This document shows positions 42,039 to 55,935 of a stretch of 64,000 nucleotides of DNA, in pieces. A program made the translations under genes and the position numbers. The DNA is taken from assembly GCF_009914755.1 (NCBI RefSeq), contig NC_060930.1. One strand, given 5' to 3'. Position 1 is the stretch's first letter. Each line of letters begins with the position of its first letter. A model generated the notes under the pieces. It was not told the DNA's origin. It did not search any database and was given only the letters and a program-made list of their open reading frames with translations. This DNA comes from the human T2T-CHM13v2.0 reference genome, Homo sapiens.

Positions 42039-42434
42039 TGTATTAGTCCGTTCTCACATTGCTATAAAGAACTACCTGAGACTGGGTAATTTATAAAGAA
42101 AAGAGGTTTAATTGGCTCACGATTCCACCAACTGTACAGGAAGCATGGTTAGGGACACCTCAGGAAACTTATAATTGTCGCAGAAGGCAAGGGGGAAGCC
42201 AGCACGTTATATGTTGCTGGAGCAGGAAGAAGAGAGTGAAGTGGGAGGTGCTACAGATTTTTAAACACCCAGATCTCGTGAGAACTCTATCCCAAGACAG
42301 TACTACGAGGATGGTGCTAAACCATTAGACACTACCCCGATGATCCAATCACTTCCCACCAGGCCACACCGCCGACACTCGGGATCACAATTCAACATGA
42401 GATTTGGGTAGAGACAGACAGCCAAACCACATCA
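42039..42434 (-). mobile_element. MSTA-like solo LTR (ERVL-MaLR)
   Basis: TGTATTAGTCCGTTCTCACATTGC...GCCAAACCACATCA; 5-bp flanks CTCAT / TTCAT. Confidence 0.85.
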
Positions 42435-45100
42435 TTCATATTATTTTCATAATCCAAAAGAATGTTGCTTTTTACAACAAAATGCCATGGCAATATTTTG
42501 CTAAGCCCAGCTTATATGCAGGTATGTTTCCCTGTCCCCTCAACCACCTCCAATCTAGGCCTATTTGTCCTCAATGCTTGTTATTCTGTGTTGGATGGAT
42601 TAGGTTCCCTGAATGCACTAACTGCAGTACTCGATACTGTTTCCCAAGGAACCTTTTGCTCTAGTCAGTATTAACAACATGGCCCTTATTTACAGTCTAC
42701 TGTCAAACACAAGGCCTTCTGAATTATCCTAAACTGGTCTGCTGGTCTCAATTTCTACAAATCCATCTTCTACACTGTTTCTAAAGTGATCTCACTCTAA
42801 TACCCAAGTCAATATATGTCATTCCTCTAATTAACATCCTTTAAGATTCTACAGGACTAATAAATGTATTTTTCAAAGCATTCTGGTATGAGTTCCTAGG
42901 AATCTGGAAAGGTGCCACTAGGGCCACTACAGAAGATAAGGCAGCTAGCCATGCAGGAATCTGCTGCTACTTTAACCAGAGCAATTCTACTTGTTCCCAA
43001 CCTCTATATGTATATGAACATATAAAATTGTTTTAAAAAGTTGTTTTGCTATTTTTTTTTTATGAAAGGTACAATTATTGGTTGGTATTGGGAAAAGACT
43101 CTAATTAATGTAATTCTACATATAAAGCACTTCATGACCTGATCCCTACCAACTTGTTAACTTTATCTCATGCTTCTGAATTGTTCATAGTTCTTAAAAC
43201 ACTACAATTTTATGCTACTTTAGGCTTTGTCCAACATACACATTTTATTCCATGTAGTGCCCTCATCTAGAATGCCCACCTTCTCATCTTATTTCATTAA
43301 CAACTGTTAATGCCCTTCAGGTCTCGGTTTAATTACAATACGTCTGAGAAACCTTCCCTGACTTGTAAATGTCCCTTGCTTATAACTCAATTATAACGCA
43401 TAGGTATATTAACATTATTCATCTGCACATTTGTTTTATCACTAGATCTGCCAAACTTGGCTGAACAGATTTCTAGGCCAGACTAATAACAACTACAGTA
43501 GACTATCTGGTATGTAATGACTAAGTCCCAATTCTTTTTCCTCCTACCTTTGTTTCAAGAACAAACATTTATTATTAAATTAATAAAATAATTTCTCCAA
43601 GAAGATAATAATTGACCAATAAGCTTTTAGGAAGAGACAGCTCTTAATTCACACAAAGTTATTTCCTTAAATGGAATTGATATACTTATTAGAAGAGCTG
43701 AACTGAATTTCTAAATAGCTTAATTTAAAATATTTTATAAAATAAAAAAGTTTCTGGTAACAACTTGCGGTAACATAAGACCAGAACAAAACACTATTTT
43801 TAAATTTTTAATTGTCCGAAGACAACGTAGAAGAAAGGTGCCATCGTTTGGTTACCAAGCTTTTAGCTTGTTTTTGGACTGCATTTTCAATAATTATCAG
43901 GAAATTTAACTACAATATTTAGATTATGATAAGCTTGACATAGACCTTATATAAAACATTATAACTTTTAAGGTCTTTAAACAACAATCTTTTGAACTTC
44001 ACGAACTTCACTTCAGACTTTTTTTTTAATGTACAAAAAGGCTATCCTTTTCAGAAACACAAAACTTTTATTACTTACTACTGCCCTCTAGTGAATTTCC
44101 AGAAAAAAAAATCAGAAAACTAAAGAGATTGTATAGTTTAAAATGCTTCTATTAATAGGTTGGCCCTAATTGTCTCCAAATTTATTTTGACTTCCAAGAA
44201 TAAATCACCAACTGTATTTGAAAACTAAAATGTTTTAAAATAATATATACAAACTACATTCCTAATAACTTCTTTTACCGCTCAGTTTAGAAGGGCACGT
44301 TTTCTTTACATATCTCTCTCCTTTATCTGGAATGCTGGTTTCCAACTCTGCAGGCCTTAGATTATTGTAAAGGGTCAACACTAAATACTACCTGTAGACT
44401 TAATAAATGTCTTCCACATATTTGTGAAATCTATTATTCAAAGATGTACATGTTATTATGATTAATGAAACAACACAGGTACTCAAGACTTTCCTTTTAA
44501 GTATTCACTGAGTCTAAGACGTATATATTTTCTTACATTTAATATCAGTGAAATTTGGATGCATCTAAAAATTGAAGGCATCATATAATTGAAGGCTAGG
44601 CAGAAGCCATGACATAGTTGTCGCTACATGCACATTCACAAATTTGGTCACAGCAAGTTACATTACAGTCACTTCAGTTGAATTACATGCATTCTTGGTA
44701 CAATTATTGAGTTTAATTGCCACTTATGTCTTAAAAGATAATATGATTTGACATTAAAGCAAAAAGTTAATGTGTAAGTCAGGAGAAAGAGAATGAAGAT
44801 GCATCGGTAGTAAAGAAAATATTCATTAGAATAATGGGCATAATTCTGTATTTTCTTAAAAAGCAACAGTCAAGTGCTTCATAAGCTTAAGAAAGGAAGA
44901 TATCCAAAAGAGAAGCATTTTTCTGCTTAGGTATATGCAAAAGGATTCCCTTCTATATGGCAAGACAAGAAACAACAGCAAAACATCTTAAATTTACAGG
45001 ATAGGTGTGTTGGCAGCTTCGAAGAAAATCCCAGAGATAAGAATAGAACACACAAGAAAAGCTGCACATCAATTCTCTTGATAGCATAAAAGACAATACA

Positions 45101-45514
45101 CTTTTTTAGCTTCTGTGTATGAGCGAAAACATGTGAAACTTGTCTTTCTGAGTCCAGCTTATTTCACCTAACACAGTGACTACAACTAATGACTAAAAGA
45201 GTAGAGGCCGTTAAGGGTAGGGAGTAGGGAGGGGAGATGAAGAGAGGCTTGATTAATGGGTACAAAAGTACAGTTAAATAGACAAAATACAACCTAGTGT
45301 TCAATAGATCAGTAGGGTGACTACAGTCAACAATAATCTATTGTATATTTCCAAATAGCTAGAAGAGAATAATTCAGATATTCCTGGCATAAAGATAAAT
45401 GTTTAAGGTGATGGATATTCCAATTACCCTGATTTGATCATTACACATTATATGAACACCTCAGACTATCACATGTACCTGGAAAATGTGTATACCTATT
45501 ATGTATCAATAAAA
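45101..45514 (+). mobile_element. 5'-truncated, 5'-inverted L1MA 3'-end insertion
   Basis: About 45101-45185 is antisense L1 3'UTR, the rest is sense up to AATAAA; perfect 15-bp TSD ATAAAAGACAATACA (45086-45100 / 45515-45529). Confidence 0.8.
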
Positions 45515-45527
45515 ATAAAAGACAATA

Positions 45528-45879
45528 CAGTTGGTTCCCATGTCACAATGGTTCAACTTAGGATTTTCATACTTTGTGATGGTATGAGACCATTCTTTTT
45601 TACTTTCAGTACAGTAGTCAATAAATTACATAAGAAAATATTTGATATTTTATTGTAAAATAGGCTTGGTGTTAGATAATTTTGTGCAACTGTAAGCTAA
45701 TGTAAGTGTTCTGAGCAAGTTTAAGATAAGCTAAACTAAGCTATTATGTTCAGATAGGCTAAACTAAGCTATGATATTCAGTAGTTTAGGTGTATTAAAT
45801 GCATTTTCAAACTGAAAATATTTTCAACTTACGATGGATTTAACAGAATGTAACTCCACTGTAAGTCAAAAACCATCTG
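45528..45879. mobile_element. MER47-like Tigger MITE
   Basis: ATGGTTCAACTTAGGATTTT ... TTTTCAACTTACGATGG...GTAAGTC...CATCTG. Confidence 0.7.
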
Positions 45880-46226
45880 TGTCGTATAGTAAAACATGAA
45901 CATCAATAACCAATTCAAAAAGTGATATAGAATTCTCACACTCCAAATATAAAGTTTTAGGAACGCCTTTCATTTCATATTTTCCTTGTTATGAATGCAG
46001 ACAAATCCAACAAATCTCACTCACTAAATATAAAACAAAGATTATAAATGATTAAGAAAAACTTGTCAGATTTTTCCTTATAGTGACACATAAAGTAACG
46101 GTGCACCTTACAATCGGTAGCATATATTCAGTGAAATATGCTATCACATAGGCTGAGAAATTTGACTTTTAAAGGGAATTTCTTTCTCTAAATATTATTG
46201 AGAACCACTGCTGTGATTCATAAGGT

Positions 46227-46593
46227 GTTGTAACATGAACTGAATGTTTGTTTTCCCCTAAAATTCGTATGTTGAAATCTAATCCCCAGTGTGATATTTG
46301 TAGGTGGAGTTTTCAAGAGATAACTGAGTCATGAGGGTGAATCCCTTATAAATAAGATTAATGCCCTTATAAGAAGGGTCACAATAGAGCTTGCTTCCTC
46401 TCTCTCCCTGCTCTTTATCATATGAGCATAGAATGAGAAGACAGCCAACTGCAAATCAAGGAAGAGGGCCCTCACCAGACACCAGACACCTTGATGTTGT
46501 ACTTCCCAGTCTCTAGAACCATGAGAAATAAATGTTTGTTGTTTGAGCCACCCAGTCTATGGTACATCTGTTATACTGACCTGAACTAAGACA
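46227..46593 (+). mobile_element. MLT1A-like solo LTR
   Basis: CTGAATGTTTG...AAAATTCGTATGTTGAAATCTAATCCCC...GAGAAATAAATG...GCCACCCAGTCTATGG...AACTAAGACA. Confidence 0.8.
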
Positions 46594-48378
46594 TGGAGGC
46601 AAACCAACATTTGATGGGTACAAGAAGAAAATATTAAATGTTTTATTTCTATATTTGAATCTTTATCACTTTAATGTTCTTTAACCTATTAGTTTATATT
46701 TTACATTAAATGTACAAAGATTAGCATAATAATATGTAAATATGTATTTATAATCATAAATATCCTGGTGGACATATTTAAAGTTTTATGGATAGAGGTA
46801 TATAGTAAACAATTTAGCAGTCACTGCTTCTATAGGCAGTTCACTGGTCCATACGATACATTTTGCTGAAGACATCATTATTCAACATTTCCCCACTTGG
46901 TGGCACCAAAAAATTAGAATATCTACATATATATCCGTGCCTGTTAAGTTTTACTTTTTTAAATTTAGTAAGTATCAATTCCCTTTCAATGTAAGCTTAA
47001 AATAATAGGCAAACTAATATGCTGTTTGACCTCCTTCTCCTAAAGCTCACTGTCCAATTATTTGGCATTGATTAATACAGGGTACAGTAGTCAGAATCAG
47101 TAAAATTTAAATAATCAACTAGTTTCAAAAATAAACAATAATACATAACTAAGAAATTCACACTTGACTGACACATAAGATAAAAAAATTTCTCTAGCCT
47201 CAATACAAAAAAAAAATTCAGTTACAAATTCCATAACAAACATGATTTTTACATTTCATATTATATTTAGGGTCAAAGTACTCAAGTATTAATTTCCCAC
47301 TCTGGGTACTTTAATTAAGATTAAACCTATTCTAGTCCTCATGCATATTTTCTATACCCTCTTTCAAGGTGCCACAAGGAAAGTCCAGTTCTCAACCTTT
47401 TCCAAGGTAAGTTAGGAGAAAACTTTGTATCCCAACTACAAGCAAATATGATAATTATACTATTTAACTACCTATCTACAATAAAACCACATATCTATAA
47501 ATTGTTGGTTTTCACTGAATTTTTACTAAAATTTTGGTAAGTATTATTGGCTCATTTTTACAGATGGGGAAGCTTGGGATCAGGTAATAGATTTTAAACA
47601 AACTCAACATTCATGACCAGAGCTCAGCTATACACACCATGATGCCCCTCTTGAACAGGGTATCATCTACCTTCCTCTTCCCCTCCCTCTATACACCACA
47701 GGTATTAAAACTGGCCAAATCATGGCTTGGCAGCAAAACCTGAGCTTTGAGTACTTGTAGTGCTATTCGAATGATATTATCTCTCTATCCACACTCCCCC
47801 AACCCCAACTAACCACCATTCAATTATGAATGCCTTTTTGACTTACCTTTGAATAAGAAACATTCTCACTGATCATGATACAACTGCTTTTTGCATTTGG
47901 TTTATTTTCACTGAGAGAGGAAAGAGGTGGGAACTATAGTTTGAACCATATGAAACTGTGAATATTCAACTGTTTAAGCTAATAGTGACTATTAAGTGGC
48001 CAGTAGATTCCAAGACTTGGTGGATTATTTAATTAAATCCTCACTACTTTATTACTTAAATATCATACCACTATAAAGATGAAGAAATTTAGATGGGAAA
48101 GTAGGTCAGGAGGCCCATGGACTTGAGATCCACATTTCAGCCTCTCCACACCAATTATTATAATTTTATTGTTTATGCTGCTTAAAGAAAACCAATAACT
48201 GCTAGGAAGTTGGATCTTAGTGGGCTGTTACATCGGAATCTCTCCCTTGGCCTTAGGCCTTAAGTGGCCCCTCTCTACCTATTTAGCAACTCTTCTATGT
48301 GTTCCTGGTTCCCACCCTCAATCCCATTATAAGGTCCTCTGGTTGTTTTATCAATATCCTTCAGCCCAGCCCTCTATA

Positions 48379-49538
<1,160 letters not shown>

Positions 49539-50179
49539 TATTCTAGAAAAGTGAAGTTCTTTTAAGGATAGCTTAACCAATTCAGTATGAATACTATGTC
49601 AGTTTAATTGATTTAAATAATTTTCAAAGTTTCCATTTAAATATAAAATATTAGTTTAAAATGTTTCTTTCCAATAATATCATTCCTACAAAGAAGCTCT
49701 CTTTCAAATAGTTTTAGTAACATCTTATTTTCTCCACTCCCACTCGCTACCCTCATAGCTTATTTAATTCGGAGCCACCAGAGTGATACTGTTAAAATGT
49801 TTGTCAGAGCCCATGCCTTTTCCATTTAAAAACTTCCAGGGGCTTCAAAACTCAATCAGTATAAACTTCAAAACCCTAACTGTGGACTATAAAGCTCACA
49901 TGACATGGCCTCTTGCTACCTCTCAATGAAACTTTTACTACTCCCCCTTGTCAACTGAATTCCAGCCACAATGGCTTTGCCTCCTTGCTAGTATCTGAAT
50001 ATAGCATGTATGTGCCCACCTCAGGATCCTCACACTTACTCTTCTGTCATGGCTTACTTTCACTTCATTCAGGTCTCTGTTCAGATGTTAGAAACTATTC
50101 CTGATCTTTACAGTAGTCTCAGCCTCTACTACTGTCTATCTACTTATGCTGCCTTATTTTTCCTCATAGTATCTACCAA

Positions 50180-50628
50180 TTGACCACTGGGAGACACATC
50201 TCCACGCATCTTTCATTTCTGCATATTTTGCAAGCCAGGAGCTAATTGACCCCCCCTCCGCCGACCCACCACTTTTTTTTTCTGTACTATCTTTTCAAAG
50301 ATCTTTGTATAGCAAATAGTCTTGGTAGATGCAGAAAATATCTTTCCCTGGAGCAAAGGACAGGCATGCTTACCATCCATTATAAAAGATTCAGCTTCCC
50401 TAAGCTCAGGGTTCCTCTTCTACAATACACTCTATTATGTGCAGGTCTCATCTAGTTCTCTCCCCATTGCCCTAAGGGAACTGGGACTCCGGGAACCAAC
50501 ACACAAAAAAGTTGATCCTATGGCTACTGCTATTGCTGTGAGTAGAAGTCTTACATCTTCAGTTGTCATCCACAAAACTGGCAGGTTACAAGTAGGGTAA
50601 ATATCCTAGGTCCTTCATAGTTCTTGAC
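50180..50628. mobile_element. ERV solo LTR of uncertain family (possibly LTR47-like)
   Basis: About 450-bp GC-elevated block with TG...CA ends (...CCTTCATAGTTCTTGACA) resembling ERVL LTRs. Confidence 0.5.
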
Positions 50629-51999
50629 ATTGACATTACATACTGAATTTCTCTCTATTTTTTTCTCCTGACTTATGTTTCATTGATTGCTATATCCTCA
50701 TTTCTCTAAAGGTTTCAAAGCACTTTTACAAATAGTATCATTTGACCTTCAAAAATCCCTGTGGAACATTTTCTATTTCCATTTAATAGGGAAGACACTG
50801 ATCCAGAAAGGTTAAAGGACAAACCCAAGATTAGCATAGCAGATCAGTCACAGAATAATAGCAGTTAAAATCCAGGTCTAATTCCTAATTTGTTATTAAC
50901 TTGTGACTACTTCTTAAAAGACAACTACTATGCTGTACATTCTGTGAGATAGAAGGATAATCACCCAATGATATTAGATGACAAGTTCCTTATGTGGTAT
51001 CACATAAAAACACAAAAATTTCAATGAATAATAAAACTGAGTACCCAAGTAAGCACCTGTAAGATATTGAAATGTATGTCTTTTGGGGTTCTTTTATTAT
51101 ACATTATGGCACGTGAATGATCATGTGACAAAACTAAATTCTGCTCTTACGATAATAGCCATTTCCTTTATGTCTAAAGGAAGACATCTTAAGAAAATAC
51201 CCAAAAATGTTTCCTTTGTAACCAGAATTTTCATCTTTGCAAGAATTAAGAGTGCTTCAACATAAACTTCATTAATCTGAAAGGTTCCAGATAATATTAA
51301 TGCTGCTTATACAACTCTCAAGATAGGTAATAAAGAAGCATTTATTACTAGCTTTTTATCTACAATGTGAGCAAAAGACTCAAAGAGAAGTCTGTATACA
51401 ACTTGGTCAGTCATTTATAATTCACACCTTACCACTTCCAGGAAGACTGAGGGGAAAAAAGTCTGGGAGTATAAGAACAGATTTCATATAAAAGAGAAGT
51501 ATCAAGTTATATAAAATATCTGATTTTAAAAGCCCTATATCCCCAAGTAGAGTAAATCTGCAAAACCAGTAATAGATATGGTCTATGGTTCAGAGTTCTA
51601 ATATGCTTATAAATCTATTAATATGCTTATATTATATATTATATGCTTATATTATAAATCTATTAATATGCTTATAAATCTATAGGCATATAGATTTATA
51701 AGCATATCAGGTATTATAAATCTATTATATAGATTTATAAGCATAGATTATTATAACAGTATATAACCACCTTCAAGGTTCATAAGTTATAAAATTTCTG
51801 ATTATGAAATTGCACAAATACAGCTAAAATGATGATGGCTAAGTAGTTAAAATTTTACCCTTAAGTAAAGAAAACTGAAGAAAAATTGAAAAAGAATCAA
51901 AATATTATAAAGGAAAACAGAATAAAGTTTAATAAATTACTAAGGTAAAAAAATTGTTTTATAAGGCAATTTTAACTCAATTATCCCCATTTCACTTAC

Positions 52000-52073
52000 T
52001 GTGTAAGTTATAGCTGCCAACATTCCAATCAAGGTCAGAGAACTGATAGAAAATGACAATGCAGCTAAACCAT
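52000..52073 (-). CDS. LMBRD1: LMBRD1 coding exon (exon 7, 74 nt): (H)GLAALSFSISSLTLIGMLAAITYT
   Basis: tttttctttcttcacag|ATGGTTTAG...TACACA|gtaagt; hydrophobic TM segment; ends in phase 0. Confidence 0.96.
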
Positions 52074-52655
52074 CTGTGAAGAAAGAAAAACTGTTAAAAA
52101 TGTACATATATACTACTCAAATCCTTATATTTAGCAAATCAACATAGAAAGCTGAGCTGCTTACACATTTTGAAGAAATAAAAACCAATATGTATTACCG
52201 TATTCTTGAAGTGCTAACTCCAAGTGGAGAAAAGAGTTTCTAAAGGACTCTTTAAAAATTGATTTGTAAAAAATCTTTCTGACTAGCTGAGATTTTCTTT
52301 CCTTCACGTCTTAAAATTAAGAGGAAAATTACTGGCTAATTATTGGGCCCAAAAAGAGATCAGCAAAATATCAGATGCTCAAAAGGTGATTAAAAAGATC
52401 ACATGGCCTTTCTCAATGGCAGACCCTGAGAAATAACATTTCATAGGAAAGCCACTGACCTTGACTCTTTCTCCCTTCTCCCCTCAGTCTTGAGACTTCC
52501 AGTTTCTTTGTTCTTAATTTTCAAATTGGTTCTTAATAGATAATCAAAAACTAAAATCTTAATTAAAGATTTATTTCACTTTTTAACTTGAAAGGACAAG
52601 CTTGCCTACTTGGCAGAAAAATAAAAGCAAACACAACGAGAAAATAGGTTTAAAA

Positions 52656-52656
<1 letters not shown>

Positions 52657-52688
<32 letters not shown>
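52657..52688. repeat. (CA)n microsatellite
   Basis: Uninterrupted CA run; others at about 16343-16370 and 39403-39445, and (CT)n at about 6337-6365. Confidence 0.9.
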
Positions 52689-52692
<4 letters not shown>

Positions 52693-53870
52693 ACTATGCT
52701 AACGCATTGGATTTAGGAAATTATCTAAAGGAAGGTCAAAGAGTGAGGGGCAGGAATGACACTTTCACATAAATATATCAAATTATGTAATAAAATACTA
52801 TGCAAATTTGAATATTCTTAGGAGCAACACTTTTTCCAGTTTTAATACAGGTCCTATTAGGCCTGTATTGAGCGAGTTTAAATGCAAGTCCTGTGGAATC
52901 AAATACAAAGTTTTGATTAATTTAATGTATTGACATTAATCTTTTATGAGTACTAATAAAATTATAATGATCTATCATCTTAAAACTCATGTCTCAGTTT
53001 TGTATAACACATAAAGAAGGCATATTATTAACAAATTCACAATCACGCAAGGCAAATTTTTAAGCCTTAATTTTTTAAAACTACTTTTTATCAAATCAAA
53101 GACATTTTGATGCTGTTACTTTACTGATCATACCAGAAGTATCATGAGAAGGTGTTTATACAACTAGGAGGGGTCTGACATCTGGCTGATAATTTTAAGG
53201 TACTATCACTTGTAAAATGTATCTCCAAAACAGCGATGTAAAAATCTGAAAAATTATGTGTCTTAGAAATGGTAAAATAGACATGCTGACATATTTGGCC
53301 AATCGAAATGTTAATATTACTAATAGTCAAAATCATCTGAACCAAATAACTCAAAATTGATCATTATTAATTATTCCCATTTGGGTAAAAGATGAATAAA
53401 TGTGTGCTGAAGATACCTGAAGATGCATTCTCTTTATATATTAGGGGGTCTATGATCTGGCTGCATATATCTTTATGATATAATAAATAAATCCTATTGT
53501 AAACAAGTTGTAGTATAGTCATAAAATGCATTACTCTGCTGCAATAAAAAGGAACTACTAATACAAATGAATTTCACAACATTATTTCATGAAAGATGCC
53601 AGGTATACACAAAAAAGAATCATTAATAAATGGAATCAGAATTCTACTTACAATATTCAAAAAAAGTAAAACTAATATAACTAATATATAGTGGCAGAAA
53701 TTATAACAATGGTGCCTCTCATGGGAGATGATATTAACTGAATGGAATACTGCGAAAAAATTGCTGGAGTGATGGATGTGTTCTACACCTTGACTGCAAT
53801 CAGTTACAATGACTATATACATGTATCATAAGATCTACACATTTTACTACATATAAAGCATTTTTTTTAA

Positions 53871-54186
<316 letters not shown>

Positions 54187-55411
54187 AAAAAGGTCATATA
54201 CCCTTGATGCCTGAAAAATGCAATGCAAGGAGGTGGGATGAGAGACGAAAGGACTAAAAATTAAGAATAGTTGGGTAACTGTTTTGGACTTAGACAGCTC
54301 ATCTAGAGTGATAAGTAACATGTATTCTAGAATATGGTGTTTAACACTGGGAGACAAAAAAAATAAAGACTAAAGAGAATGGAATTACAAAAAACAGAAT
54401 AATGCTACCTATCTAATCACCAATTCAAGTTATACTAATACTCAAAGTATAACTTATGAAATAATGTTTAGGGTAGAAGAGTAGTTACTCAAGATATCTA
54501 AAGGAGTTAACTCCAAGAAAAGAAGCCATTAATTTATCAGCAATAGAATCAAGGTACATAAATCTGACAATTCAGTATTAGTAGATGCGAGGCCTGCTAC
54601 CCTTATTCTTGCTGGTATCAGCAAGATATTAATGAATCACAATTTACAACATGAGATCTTAAGTGGAAAGCAAGAAAATTAAGAACTCATACAGCAGACT
54701 GCAAGACTTAATTTAATCATCGTTTAGTATTGTACCTGGGTAAAAAGAAAGAAGTGCTGATTAAAGAATGTACAGTACCTATTAGAATAGTCAAAAAAGC
54801 AATTTTTCTGCATAGTATTTATAGAATTAAGTACACTAGGTATCTTTGAAAATAAGGTTACTATGTTCAAATGCACAAGGAATTTTGAGTAATATGATAC
54901 ACAATATTTTAATATCACTTTCTAATGCCAGTTATTTTTTCAATGATTAAGCAATTTTCTTAACCTAATCCGTGAGCCTTTTTTTTCTGTAAAAACCTAG
55001 GTCACACAGAGTAAGTTAAGAAAAACTTCTAGAAAAGCAATGCCAAAATATTTTGATGAGGTAAATTTATAATAAAACATTTAATTCATATAAAACCTCT
55101 AATTTACATTTTATATAAAAGATGATTTAATCTCAAACAAAAACATAAGGTTCTCTCTTACTAATTAAAAATAAAATCTAATATATCCAGTACATTTCTT
55201 TAACATATTATTTTATATTATCCTAAGTGAATTAAAAATCACATAGAAATTATAAGAGCCTCACTGCTAAAATACTTTGAAGATTAAATTTTCTTTCAAC
55301 ATGGTAATTTTATAAAGAAGTCAAGAAAATAGCTACGTAATAGCTAGATGGCTAAAAGCAAGCCTTAAGAATGCAACACTTCTAATTTGTCTAGCATTAG
55401 GTTCAAAATGA

Positions 55412-55746
<335 letters not shown>

Positions 55747-55846
55747 GGGGTTAAATTCTTAACAAAATACAAATAAACTGCTTCTCAAAAGTCCAAAGTA
55801 TCAGGAAATATAAACTACTATGTTTTTTAAAAAAAACAATACTTAC

Positions 55847-55935
55847 GACTACTTCCAAGTTCTTCAAATAGGGACTTCACTTTTTCCCACTCTGTAGAAT
55901 TTTTGTTATTGGGAACATTCAATGGAACAAAGGCA
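55847..55935 (-). CDS. LMBRD1: LMBRD1 coding exon (exon 6, 89 nt): (G)AFVPLNVPNNKNSTEWEKVKSLFEELGSS(H)
   Basis: ttttctcttttgtag|TGCCTTTGTT...AGTAGTC|gtaagt; phase joins exons 5 and 7; contains N-glycosylation sequon NST. Confidence 0.96.

Noticed and set aside
51599-51756. Repeat-spacer appearance reminiscent of a CRISPR array
   Set aside because: Human intron; units are irregular and partly inverted with no unique spacers or cas genes.
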